From Candidatus Babeliales bacterium (GTDB taxonomy: Bacteria; Babelota; Babeliae; Babelales; JANWKD01): a DNA stretch of 64,000 nucleotides. The DNA is taken from positions 64,001 to 128,000 of the forward strand of contig CAVRJO010000002.1 of NCBI GenBank assembly GCA_963722255.1. Reading direction: 5' to 3'. The notes under the pieces were generated by a model. The model was not told where the DNA came from. It was given only the letters and a program-made list of their open reading frames with translations, and made no database searches. Both the position numbers and the translations under genes were made by a program. Below are positions 39,879-49,119 of the stretch, piece after piece; position 1 is the stretch's first letter, and each line of letters opens with the position of its first letter.

Positions 39879-40898
39879 TTACTGGCCACCTTTTTTTATT
39901 TTCTCATATACAATAAGAAACGCCTCTGTTTCACTGAAAATAATTACATCAACAGGATCAGCATCATATATTTTCTTGTAGAAATCAGTTGGAATTTTCT
40001 TATATAGATCAGTTATAAGGATAGCTTCTAGTATATTACGAGCATCTAAACTTAATTTTTCAAGATTTTCTATTCTTTGCCTTATGGCTTTTTTATTGAA
40101 TGTAAAAACACTCGATAGTTTTTTTTCAAGATTATCAATTTCCCGAGCAGCATTAATTAGAAAGTCATAATAGTATTTAAATATACCATATGCAACATTA
40201 AACCGTTCTTGTTCCGTAAAGCTCCTCAATTGATTAACTGATGCTTTTTGAAGCATTGAAAAATTAGCGACATCTGAATAATTTTCCGGACTCAAGATAC
40301 CGTTGCTATTAACAACTATATTATTTTGATCTATAAATCTCCTATATAACATAAAGCGAAGCTCATACCCACCCTCTTTATAAAATTTATCAAAATTGAA
40401 GTTACGATTTTTTTTAATACTCTCTTTAACATCTTTAGCAAAATCTAAAATCATTATATTTGCATAAGCTTGTTTATTGTAATCCTGTAAACGGGTTATT
40501 TTTTTTTGAATATGAGGTGCCTGTGCGAGTCTTCCATGAAGTTCTTTAATATTATTCTTAATAATGTCATTAAACTCATTCATGAAATTAATATAATCAT
40601 CTATATCAATATTAACTATATCTTCTTCATTTTTTTTGAGATGCTCATGAGCACAATCCAACAACAATTCAAAATTATTAAAAGCATGCGTATCAATTTT
40701 GTCTTTATTATTAATTACATTATCGGTATAAACCTTATTAATTTCTGAAAAAAATAATGTAGGAATACTTTTACTTTTAATTGAATTATTTATTTTTGTT
40801 TGAAACTCTTTTGTACATTTCGATTCAATAAATTTAAATCCATTAATTAAAAAAATAACACCTAGCAATAATAAACAATTTTTTATATACTTTTTCAT
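39879..40898 (-). CDS. Secreted helical orphan protein (member 3)
   Basis: Signal peptide, SKCT; closest to 43190-44281. Confidence 0.8.
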   Translation of the reverse strand: MKKYIKNCLLLLGVIFLINGFKFIESKCTKEFQTKINNSIKSKSIPTLFFSEINKVYTDNVINNKDKIDTHAFNNFELLLDCAHEHLKKNEEDIVNIDIDDYINFMNEFNDIIKNNIKELHGRLAQAPHIQKKITRLQDYNKQAYANIMILDFAKDVKESIKKNRNFNFDKFYKEGGYELRFMLYRRFIDQNNIVVNSNGILSPENYSDVANFSMLQKASVNQLRSFTEQERFNVAYGIFKYYYDFLINAAREIDNLEKKLSSVFTFNKKAIRQRIENLEKLSLDARNILEAILITDLYKKIPTDFYKKIYDADPVDVIIFSETEAFLIVYEKIKKGGQ

Positions 40899-40918
40899 AG
40901 CAATAAATCCTTTAACAA

Positions 40919-41935
40919 TTAGTTTTGACTTTGCAAATCTACAATATTTTTGCTTAAAGCATTAAGCATTTCTAGTAAAGCAAAAAATTCACCAATCAGA
41001 ATATTCTTTACCGGATTTTTCTCCACGTACAATTTTGCATGATCCAAATCAGAAATTATCTGATATTGCTTATTTAATGCACGTATAATCTCTGTACCAT
41101 CTTTTATCATCTTCTTCTCAGCCCCACTAAGAAACCATTGCTTATTCATGACAGCATTAAATATTTGAAGTCGATTAACAAATTTTGTAGCAGCTCTTCG
41201 CTCAATATCAAATTCATTTTCTTCTGAAGGAATCATTTCCAATAGTTTTAAAAAATTTACTATCTCTATATCCTGAGGAATAGGTTTGGTAAAAATAGTT
41301 GTTTTTGCCTCATTATAAACTTCAAAAAATTTTACTAAATTATTGGATAACTTTTTGTTTTCTGCTTTTTGTTCATTATTAGGCCATTCTTTTGGAATTG
41401 ATAGTGGATCAAGAAAAAAACGAATGTGATCATATATTTTCGTTTTATATGCAGTTAATTGAGAAAGGATTCCTTGTTTTTTGGCAATCTTAGAATTTTT
41501 TGCATACTCTGCTCTGAAAAGAACCAAATTAAGCTTAAAATAATTAAATATACTTTCATTTAATGCAATGTAATCTAAATAATCCTTCGAAATTTTTTTT
41601 CTAGCAACCTGTTCTCGAATATTATTATGAGCGCAACTAATTAATGAATCATATTTACTTTGTAAATCTTGAAACTCTTTCTTAAAGTCACTTACAAAAT
41701 TTTCATCTTTCCCTTTAAGATTTGTACTTTTTTCAAATTCAATTAACTGATTTCCAAGATATGGGTTTGCAATATATGTTTTTGTTGCTGCGTCTATAAT
41801 CAAAGCAAAGAGATTGGCGGGGTTTTCCTCAATTTTTTTCTCAATCATGGAGAATTCAGTATTATTACACTTTTGACCCCCACTTAGAAATTGAAAATAT
41901 AAACATAGAACTACAATAACGCTGTTCTTCACCAT
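40919..41935 (-). CDS. Secreted helical orphan protein (member 4)
   Basis: MVKNSVIVVLCLYFQFLSG signal; QKCN, LISCAH, IPKEWP. Confidence 0.8.
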   Translation of the reverse strand: MVKNSVIVVLCLYFQFLSGGQKCNNTEFSMIEKKIEENPANLFALIIDAATKTYIANPYLGNQLIEFEKSTNLKGKDENFVSDFKKEFQDLQSKYDSLISCAHNNIREQVARKKISKDYLDYIALNESIFNYFKLNLVLFRAEYAKNSKIAKKQGILSQLTAYKTKIYDHIRFFLDPLSIPKEWPNNEQKAENKKLSNNLVKFFEVYNEAKTTIFTKPIPQDIEIVNFLKLLEMIPSEENEFDIERRAATKFVNRLQIFNAVMNKQWFLSGAEKKMIKDGTEIIRALNKQYQIISDLDHAKLYVEKNPVKNILIGEFFALLEMLNALSKNIVDLQSQN

Positions 41936-42144
41936 TTCCCCTTTTTCCCACCGCATACTCTTCATGGCTTATCCTCTGTATGAATAAATCTTGCTATCAT
42001 TATTACTAATAATAACAAATAATTGTTTTGAAAATCAATATTTATTCAAATTATAAATAAATAATTCCTTCCATGAAATAATCATTCAAAATTCAAGTTA
42101 TTGGCTTCTTAAGCCATCAAACACCTAAAAAATGATTTTTTTAT

Positions 42145-43143
42145 TTATAAACTTTCTGCTTTTCTCAAATAAGCTCGTAAGGTAATCAACAAAATTTGCG
42201 CAGAAGTCCATAATAAAAAAGGAGGCTTTATAGCTTGGGATGTTGTCAATTTAATTATACTCCTGCTTGTATAGGTGTCACTAGCAGGATACAATGAGTA
42301 CAAATCGTTAACTATTGTTTGTGCGACCAAGATCTGATCCTTAGAGAGGGGCTTTTTTGAAAAAAATCCTTTAGATTGATTTAGTAACTCCTCCAATAAG
42401 TTAATCACCAAAGTCGCTTTTTGTTGTTGCATTTCATAGGTTTCATCTCCATCTAAAATAGAAGATGCGGTAAGAGCAATAACTATATTTCTCTCTTTAG
42501 ATTTATCAGTATTAGTTTTAAGTATATTAAGATAGGTATTAAAAAACTCATTCAGAGAAAAATCTATATTTTTGGACTCTCTTTTATAGGCTTCAAGAGC
42601 TTCTTGTGCTGATTTATGTGGGAATCTTTTTACAAGAGGCAGTAAATATTTGTTATAATTATCCAAATAAACAGCTGTTACTGATTTTATGTTATGACCT
42701 ACTAAATTTATAAATAGTCCTTTTTTTAATGGTTTTGTATTAATAATTTCAGAAAAATTTCCTATCATATCTATATTAGAAACCTCTAAAAGTTTATTAA
42801 CAGCCCCTTCATACTCTGAGGCTTTTTTAACATTGAATTTAGACAATTGAATCCAGCTTTTAAAACTTAATAAAAAATATTCCCATGGCATTAGATCATC
42901 TTCCTTTAAGACTGGGATTATTGGATCATCACTCAAAAGATTTTTTAAGCTAGTTGAAGCATCTTTAGTACCGCCAAAAACTTTAAATCCAATATTTTGA
43001 ACATAATCATAGAGCTGCTGATCATTCTTATTTTTTATTACCTGAATATAATTTTCATTATTTTCTTGGAGTGCAAATTGCATGTTAAAAATACCAACGA
43101 AAATATAAAAAACTATTAGATAATTTAGAACTTTCATAAACAA
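42145..43143 (-). CDS. Secreted helical orphan protein (member 5)
   Basis: Signal peptide; INLLEELLNQSK...LYP...KP..L shared with member 1. Confidence 0.8.
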   Translation of the reverse strand: MFMKVLNYLIVFYIFVGIFNMQFALQENNENYIQVIKNKNDQQLYDYVQNIGFKVFGGTKDASTSLKNLLSDDPIIPVLKEDDLMPWEYFLLSFKSWIQLSKFNVKKASEYEGAVNKLLEVSNIDMIGNFSEIINTKPLKKGLFINLVGHNIKSVTAVYLDNYNKYLLPLVKRFPHKSAQEALEAYKRESKNIDFSLNEFFNTYLNILKTNTDKSKERNIVIALTASSILDGDETYEMQQQKATLVINLLEELLNQSKGFFSKKPLSKDQILVAQTIVNDLYSLYPASDTYTSRSIIKLTTSQAIKPPFLLWTSAQILLITLRAYLRKAESL

Positions 43144-43189
43144 TCCTTTTATTTTGTATTAATCAACTTATATTTTATTATGATAAAAA

Positions 43190-44281
43190 TTATTCATACC
43201 CTTTATTTGTATACGCATTAACTAAACTCAAAAAATAGTTCCGCACTCGATTATAGATTCGGCCTAACGCTTTCGTTTCAGCTAAAATAAGCCTATAAAC
43301 AGGAGTTGCTTCTTCTAACTTTTTTGCAAAAGCTATAGGCGGTCGTTCATACAAATTAGTAATAAAGATCGCTTCAAGCATCTGATTTGCATAACTAATA
43401 AATCTGTTCAACTCATCTATTTTTGCTTGTATCTTTTTTTTATTAAATCTGAAAAATCTTTTAAAAGAAGTAGGTTCGGAAAGCCTTTTTTGTAAGGCTG
43501 CACGATACAAAGCTGCCTTCTCTTTAAATTCATAAAGATACATAAATGTATCAAGCGCCTGCTGAGAAATAGTTTGTGAACTTTGGGCAAACTCCTTTTC
43601 ACTCTGAAGTTTCTCAAACTGATTTCGAGCAAAAGTAGCTACTTTTTCATAACTTCTTGGATCCAATTTTGAGTCTTTATCAATTATTAGATCAGGAAAA
43701 ATTGACTGATATGTATCAAAAAATTCTTGATACTGCTTATCTTTGTAAAATCTTTCAAAATTAAAACTAAGAGCGCTGTTATCTGGTTTTTGCGTATAAA
43801 TAAGTATATCTATTAAAGCTTGTTTACGAAATTCTTTGAGTTTTTCACTATAATCGGAAAATATAATAAAATCATTTGAGATATGATCAAGGCCAAACTT
43901 TCTTCGTTTAGTATCATAAAGATCTTCGATGAACTTCTTTAAAAACTTAACTGCTTTTACACTTGTCTCGGTAAAATCATCACTCTTTATATGCACAAGA
44001 GCATTTTTGTTTTCTTCTATCAATGCATGACTGCAATCAAATAAGTTAATAAGTTTATAGTAATCACTATAATTAATCACATTATTCGTAATTGCTTTAT
44101 CCGTATACACTTTTTCTAGTTCATCTACAAAAAGTTGTGCAACTGAATTATGTGCAAAAGATTCTTCAAGCCTTTTTTGCATATCCGGTGTACAAACAGC
44201 ATACATAGAATTATCACCAAATGCGTACAAGAGCATAACGATGAATAATATAATGCTTTTAATAGAATAACTCTTCATCAA
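43190..44281 (-). CDS. Secreted helical orphan protein (member 6)
   Basis: Signal peptide, AVCT; KVYTD, FNFERFYK and LEAIFITNLY shared with member 3. Confidence 0.8.
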   Translation of the reverse strand: MMKSYSIKSIILFIVMLLYAFGDNSMYAVCTPDMQKRLEESFAHNSVAQLFVDELEKVYTDKAITNNVINYSDYYKLINLFDCSHALIEENKNALVHIKSDDFTETSVKAVKFLKKFIEDLYDTKRRKFGLDHISNDFIIFSDYSEKLKEFRKQALIDILIYTQKPDNSALSFNFERFYKDKQYQEFFDTYQSIFPDLIIDKDSKLDPRSYEKVATFARNQFEKLQSEKEFAQSSQTISQQALDTFMYLYEFKEKAALYRAALQKRLSEPTSFKRFFRFNKKKIQAKIDELNRFISYANQMLEAIFITNLYERPPIAFAKKLEEATPVYRLILAETKALGRIYNRVRNYFLSLVNAYTNKGYE

Positions 44282-44510
44282 TCTACCTTTTATCTTAAAT
44301 TATATTGGTTGTACCTATTTTTTAGTCACATCCCTGCATGCATTATTACTGATTATAGCAAAAAGATATGTATAATCTCAATAATAACTCAGATTGACAA
44401 TATTTTTAATACAACTCTACACCATTCTCCCATTGCATCAGATAAAAAAAAATATAGACTAAGCTCTAAACAAAAGGGCGTATCTATAATCTTTTAAAAA
44501 AGGGTATTCA

Positions 44511-46028
44511 ATGAAGCACAGAGTTCCAAAACTGTATTATTTAGTCTTTCTTACAACACTATTTTCATCATCGCTAATTGCTGATAATGAAGGCGATGAC
44601 CACCGAGATACCTTTGGCATCAGTTTTTTTCATGCTCGCTCGATTGGATCAAATAAAGCTCGCGAAAGCGCCGGTTTGGCAAATCTTATTACTTGGGGTT
44701 ATGATGAATGTTCTCATGGACTATTCTGGGCAACAGGAGAATATTCGAGCTCATTCAATCAACATGGACTAGGCCAGTATCTCTTTTTTAATGGTAGCAA
44801 TACCATGCTAACAGGAACAGCAGCGGGACCAGGTGTCGATATATTTAGTGAAAACTTCTTATTAAATGATAATTTTTCAAGTGCAATAACCGCACGTCCC
44901 AATGTTACCTATGGACTTATTGATCTCAATCTATTCTATTCATTGGACTTTTTATGCAACGGTCTCTATTTTCTTGCTCATGTTCCCTATGTACAAACAT
45001 CATGGTCGGTTGACTTTAAAGAAACAATCAGCTTTACAGGAACTATAATTTCAGCAAATGATCTTGGGAACCCAACAGATACTCCGGCACCTTTTACTTC
45101 ATTGATTGCTGCTTGGAATGGTCAGGCAACCTTTTTTGATGTTAAAGAACCATTACGTTTTGGGCGTGTTTGTGGCAAACGCAAAAAAGCTCGTCTTGCT
45201 GATGTTGAACTTGCCTTAGGCTACATCATTCTTAACGATGAATGTAACTATTTTAGTATTAATGTACGCGGTATCATACCCACCGGTAATACACCAAAAG
45301 GTAAATTTCTGTTTGAACCTATTGTAGGTAATGGTCACTACGGAGAAGTGGGTGCAGGAATTTTAGGAAACTTCTTTATCTGGGAAGGTTGTTCTGATGA
45401 TTATTTAACCATTTTTGTTAATGCAAACATTTATACTATGCTCAGTTCACGCCAACAACGTACCTTTGACCTCACCGCCAATGGACCCGGCAGCCGTTAT
45501 CTTCTTTTCAAAAGATTTGTTAATAATCTGTATGCGGGTGAAATTGTACGTGGGCCAAATATATTAACCCTTCCTATTCATACCAAAAATGCTGTTCACG
45601 GTGATTGCGTTCTTATGGTTGAATACACTCGGTGCGGTTTTATTGCTGATGGTGGCTATAATCTTTGGGGAAGAACTCGTGATCATATCGAACTTGCCGG
45701 TAAAATTCCTGCTAATACCTATGGTGTCGCCGGTTTGAGTGGAACAGGAGTAAATGCTAATTTAACGGCAAGCCAAACCTTACTTAATGGAACAAATGCA
45801 AACCTAATCGATGCAACTCCAATATTTATATCAAATGCTAACATTAATATAAAATCTGCTGCACACCCCGGAAGCTTTTCCCATGGTTTCTTTGTTCATC
45901 TTCAATATATATGGGATAAAAGATATGCTAAACCCTTTGTAGGATTTGGTTCAGAGGTAGAGTTTTCAGGGACCAATAAATCTCTCTTATTATGGCATAT
46001 TTGGGCTAAAACAGGTATCTCTTTTTAG
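44511..46028 (+). CDS. Putative outer-membrane beta-barrel protein (paralog B)
   Basis: Colinear with 36244-37836 (TFG..FF, F.NG.N.M, GVD.F..NF.LND.F, RLADVE.ALGY, FLFEP..GNG, SAAHP); C-terminal F. Confidence 0.72.
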   Translation: MKHRVPKLYYLVFLTTLFSSSLIADNEGDDHRDTFGISFFHARSIGSNKARESAGLANLITWGYDECSHGLFWATGEYSSSFNQHGLGQYLFFNGSNTMLTGTAAGPGVDIFSENFLLNDNFSSAITARPNVTYGLIDLNLFYSLDFLCNGLYFLAHVPYVQTSWSVDFKETISFTGTIISANDLGNPTDTPAPFTSLIAAWNGQATFFDVKEPLRFGRVCGKRKKARLADVELALGYIILNDECNYFSINVRGIIPTGNTPKGKFLFEPIVGNGHYGEVGAGILGNFFIWEGCSDDYLTIFVNANIYTMLSSRQQRTFDLTANGPGSRYLLFKRFVNNLYAGEIVRGPNILTLPIHTKNAVHGDCVLMVEYTRCGFIADGGYNLWGRTRDHIELAGKIPANTYGVAGLSGTGVNANLTASQTLLNGTNANLIDATPIFISNANINIKSAAHPGSFSHGFFVHLQYIWDKRYAKPFVGFGSEVEFSGTNKSLLLWHIWAKTGISF

Positions 46029-46049
46029 TATTTTAAGGTATTTTCACGT

Positions 46050-46081
46050 AAAAAAGGCTTTTTTTTAAAGCCTTTTTTTTT
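46050..46081. terminator. Rho-independent terminator
   Basis: AAAAAAGGCTTT...AAAGCCTTTTTTTT. Confidence 0.7.
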
Positions 46082-46222
46082 GCTCATTTTATTTTCTATT
46101 TACAATTATTTTTAAAAAATATTGCATTTTATTTTCAGTTTGTGAGATACTGGTAATAACTATAAAGGCCTTTATAAGAGAATGAATATTTTAATAACAA
46201 CCTTACTACTTAAGGAGACCTT

Positions 46223-46519
46223 ATGAAAAAGGTATTATTAGCTACACTTTTAACTATCGTTGGTTTAGCAGTTGTTTCTGATGCATTTGCATGGAGAAAC
46301 GGACGCTGTGGTCAAAGAAGCTGCGCACCTCGTTGCGAAACTTCTTGCAGAAAAGAATGCAACCCTGTTGTTAACATTACTCGTACAGAAGAAAAACCAT
46401 GTGGTCAAGCACCTTGCTGCTTAACAGCTGTTCAAGTTCCTGCGAACTTGGTTAAACACGTTGAGTACACCTGGGAATGTCCAACTGGTTGTACGGTTCA
46501 AACCGGCGACCAATACTAA
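46223..46519 (+). CDS. Small secreted cysteine-rich protein (10 Cys in about 75 mature residues)
   Basis: TAAGGAG RBS, signal peptide ending AFA, CxxxC spacing, strong terminator downstream. Confidence 0.85.
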   Translation: MKKVLLATLLTIVGLAVVSDAFAWRNGRCGQRSCAPRCETSCRKECNPVVNITRTEEKPCGQAPCCLTAVQVPANLVKHVEYTWECPTGCTVQTGDQY

Positions 46520-46545
46520 GTTTTAAGTTAGACTTAGAATCAATT

Positions 46546-46589
46546 AAAAAAAGGGAGATAGCTCTTTAGAGGATTATCTCCCTTTTTTT
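46546..46589 (+). terminator. Rho-independent terminator
   Basis: AAAAAAAGGGAGATAG...TTATCTCCCTTTTTTT. Confidence 0.8.
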
Positions 46590-46704
46590 GTATGCGTGTA
46601 TTTGTATGCGCCTTGGCGCATTAGCCTAGCCTATCTTTGATTATAAAAAGCTTTTTTAAATTATTGCAGTATTAAAAAGTTTTTAATTACAAATATGCTA
46701 AAAC

Positions 46705-46845
46705 ATGTCATTGCGAGGAGCTTTGCGACGCGGCAATAACATTCGTTGGTATATTGCACTTTTCTAGATTAATTTTTGCCATCAAATCCGTTTTATAGAG
46801 GTATATTTTATTCACCGAAATTGTGAGCTTCTACAGCAATGACAT
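46705..46845. repeat. RPE/REP-like palindromic element
   Basis: Terminal inverted repeat ATGTCATTGC / GCAATGACAT with GTCATTGCGAGGAGC-TTT-GCGACGCGGCAAT left arm. Confidence 0.6.
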
Positions 46846-47095
46846 CCCCAAATTTATCATTCTTTCAAAAACATGATTTGTACTTAATTTTAACGTAACT
46901 ATGTAATAAGTTCTATCTGTTCTCCTATATCCTTACCCTACCGGTAATTTTAATTCAATTTGAAACTTTATTCCTACTATAGAAATCAAGAATACCCAGC
47001 CACCACACCCCTTTTGCACTATATTTTCAAACTGATATAATTAGTCATATATAAATTTGTAACTAATTTTATTTGTTTTTAAAAGAAATGCATAT

Positions 47096-47884
47096 ATGGT
47101 AACTCTCAAGAAATTCTATTTTATTTTTTTTATGGGGATATTCCTTCCTACTCTTATCATAACTGCCTTTAAAGGCTTACACATAACCACGACAGCATCA
47201 AACAGTACCATTCAACCCAGTCAATCTAGCTCACAAAAAAATCAATGGACTCTATGGCTACAAGATCAAGAAAAACAGATTTGGGATGAAATGACAACAA
47301 CGACAAAACTGACACAAGAGCGCTGCAGTTCATTAAAAAATGAATGGTATCAAGAATATTTACAAGGCGAAAATGAGTTGCTTACTACTGAAAGCAAACC
47401 CTCTGCTATTTCTAAAAAAACTCATGATACTATTAATGCAATAATGGCCGATTTTGGTATTTCAACAAAAGACCTCCCCTTACTTGCGTGGAAAGATAAT
47501 TCAGCAGCAGGAACAACTGATAGCAAACTCTTGGTTAATGAAAGAACCTTTAATAAATTATCTCATCAGGCACAAAAATTTGTTATTGCACATGAAATAC
47601 AGCATTATTTGCATAAAGATACTTCAACACGTTATGTTATTGAACGTTTTTACAAACCGGCAAAAGAGTTACCACAAGATCATCCAATTAATAAATTATA
47701 TAGATTTCAAGAAATTCGCGCCGATGTTCAGGCAGCACTCAAAGGACAAGAATATCAACAAGGCTATATCTCTTTTATTGAAACTATAACAAAAAAAGGT
47801 GAAAACAAAGGCATTACCCATCCTAAAAATTCAGTTCGCCTTTCAATGGGTAAAAAACTTATTAACAATCTTCCCATAGCATAA
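47096..47884 (+). CDS. Exported M48-like zinc metallopeptidase
   Basis: N-terminal hydrophobic segment; IAHEIQH, QEIRAD, THP. Confidence 0.75.
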   Translation: MVTLKKFYFIFFMGIFLPTLIITAFKGLHITTTASNSTIQPSQSSSQKNQWTLWLQDQEKQIWDEMTTTTKLTQERCSSLKNEWYQEYLQGENELLTTESKPSAISKKTHDTINAIMADFGISTKDLPLLAWKDNSAAGTTDSKLLVNERTFNKLSHQAQKFVIAHEIQHYLHKDTSTRYVIERFYKPAKELPQDHPINKLYRFQEIRADVQAALKGQEYQQGYISFIETITKKGENKGITHPKNSVRLSMGKKLINNLPIA

Positions 47885-47889
47885 GAAGA

Positions 47890-48141
47890 TTATCGAGTGC
47901 GATTTTTTTGAATCGCCTCAACAGCTTCTGCTACCGTTTTGATATGACTTGCTACATCATCGCTAATTTCAACACCAAAAACATCTTCAATTTTCATAAT
48001 AATTTGCATCATATCTAATGAATCAGCTCCAAGCGTATCAAAGCTGCTATTTGGAGCAATCGTTGAAGGTTCAATCTTCAAAATTTCAGCAATTATTCCT
48101 TTAACCATTGAAGTCGTTTCTTGTAGATCATACTGTGTCAT
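47890..48141 (-). CDS. acpP: Acyl carrier protein
   Basis: LGADSLD phosphopantetheine site; AAGGAG RBS before ATG 48141. Confidence 0.95.
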   Translation of the reverse strand: MTQYDLQETTSMVKGIIAEILKIEPSTIAPNSSFDTLGADSLDMMQIIMKIEDVFGVEISDDVASHIKTVAEAVEAIQKNRTR

Positions 48142-48173
48142 ATGTGTAAATGCTCCTTGCAATAAACCTAATA

Positions 48174-49112
48174 TTAGTTTGTTTTAAAATGTGTAATTGC
48201 GGCTTTTATCTCTTCAATATCAGAAAGTTTATTGACAGAATACAGTAACTTTTCAGGATATTTCTGCGCAATAATCTTTGATAAAGTGGTACCCGGACCA
48301 ATTTCAATAACTAAATCCCATTCAGAACATCGCTCTAAAATCTTATCCCAAAGTATAGGAGATTTTAATTGCCCTACTATGCTATTTTTAATCTGATCAT
48401 GAGCAGTAATCGGCTCTGCTTGTGCAGTTGCAATTAAGGGAATAGCTGTCGAGGTAAAATCGATTTTTTCTAAATATTTTACCAACTGATCAACAACAGA
48501 ATCCATTAAGGTACTATGCAAACCTTTTTCTGCAGGAAGATCATGAACAGTCCCACCACAACTTAAAATAAGTTCTTTACAGTGACGTATAGATTCGGGA
48601 AATCCGCTAATAACCATATGCGTAGCAGTATCATAAGCAGCAATAGATATTTCGGCATGATTAATGCGCAAGGTAGTCCACAGTGACTCAACAGTTTCAC
48701 GGGAAAGACCTTCAACTGCTATAAGCGAAACATTAAGATTTGCTAAAAGTTCTTGATAAAATTGCGCATATTTATGCAAAAAATAAAGGCCATCAGGTAA
48801 ACTTAGGCCACCGGCAACACTTACCGCACTTAACTCGCCAATGCCATATCCAGCAACTTCTGTAGGTTGAATACCTTCCTGCTTTAGCAACGCAGCCGTT
48901 GAAACACTAATTAAGAAAATTGCTACGTATGCATTTTCAATTTTAGCTAATTCTATATCTGACGAAGCAAAACAAAGTTTTACAAAATTTATATTTAAAC
49001 AGTTGAATGCTTCCTCGAAATATTCCTGAACTAACCTTGAATGATCATATAACTCTTTACCCATACCAACGAACTGGCTCCCATAATCGGGGAAAAGCAT
49101 ACCTATCTTCAT
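48174..49112 (-). CDS. fabD: FabD-like (malonyl-CoA:ACP transacylase fold) protein lacking the catalytic Ser
   Basis: FPDYGSQFVGMGKEL, GYGIGE (canonical GHSLGE), GLHS, EIGPG. Confidence 0.8.
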   Translation of the reverse strand: MKIGMLFPDYGSQFVGMGKELYDHSRLVQEYFEEAFNCLNINFVKLCFASSDIELAKIENAYVAIFLISVSTAALLKQEGIQPTEVAGYGIGELSAVSVAGGLSLPDGLYFLHKYAQFYQELLANLNVSLIAVEGLSRETVESLWTTLRINHAEISIAAYDTATHMVISGFPESIRHCKELILSCGGTVHDLPAEKGLHSTLMDSVVDQLVKYLEKIDFTSTAIPLIATAQAEPITAHDQIKNSIVGQLKSPILWDKILERCSEWDLVIEIGPGTTLSKIIAQKYPEKLLYSVNKLSDIEEIKAAITHFKTN

Positions 49113-49119
49113 TCTATCC

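Noticed and set aside
46040..46056. parS-like TTTTCACGTAAAA (also near 48693)
   Set aside because: Three to four mismatches to TGTTTCACGTGAAACA; expected by chance in AT-rich DNA.
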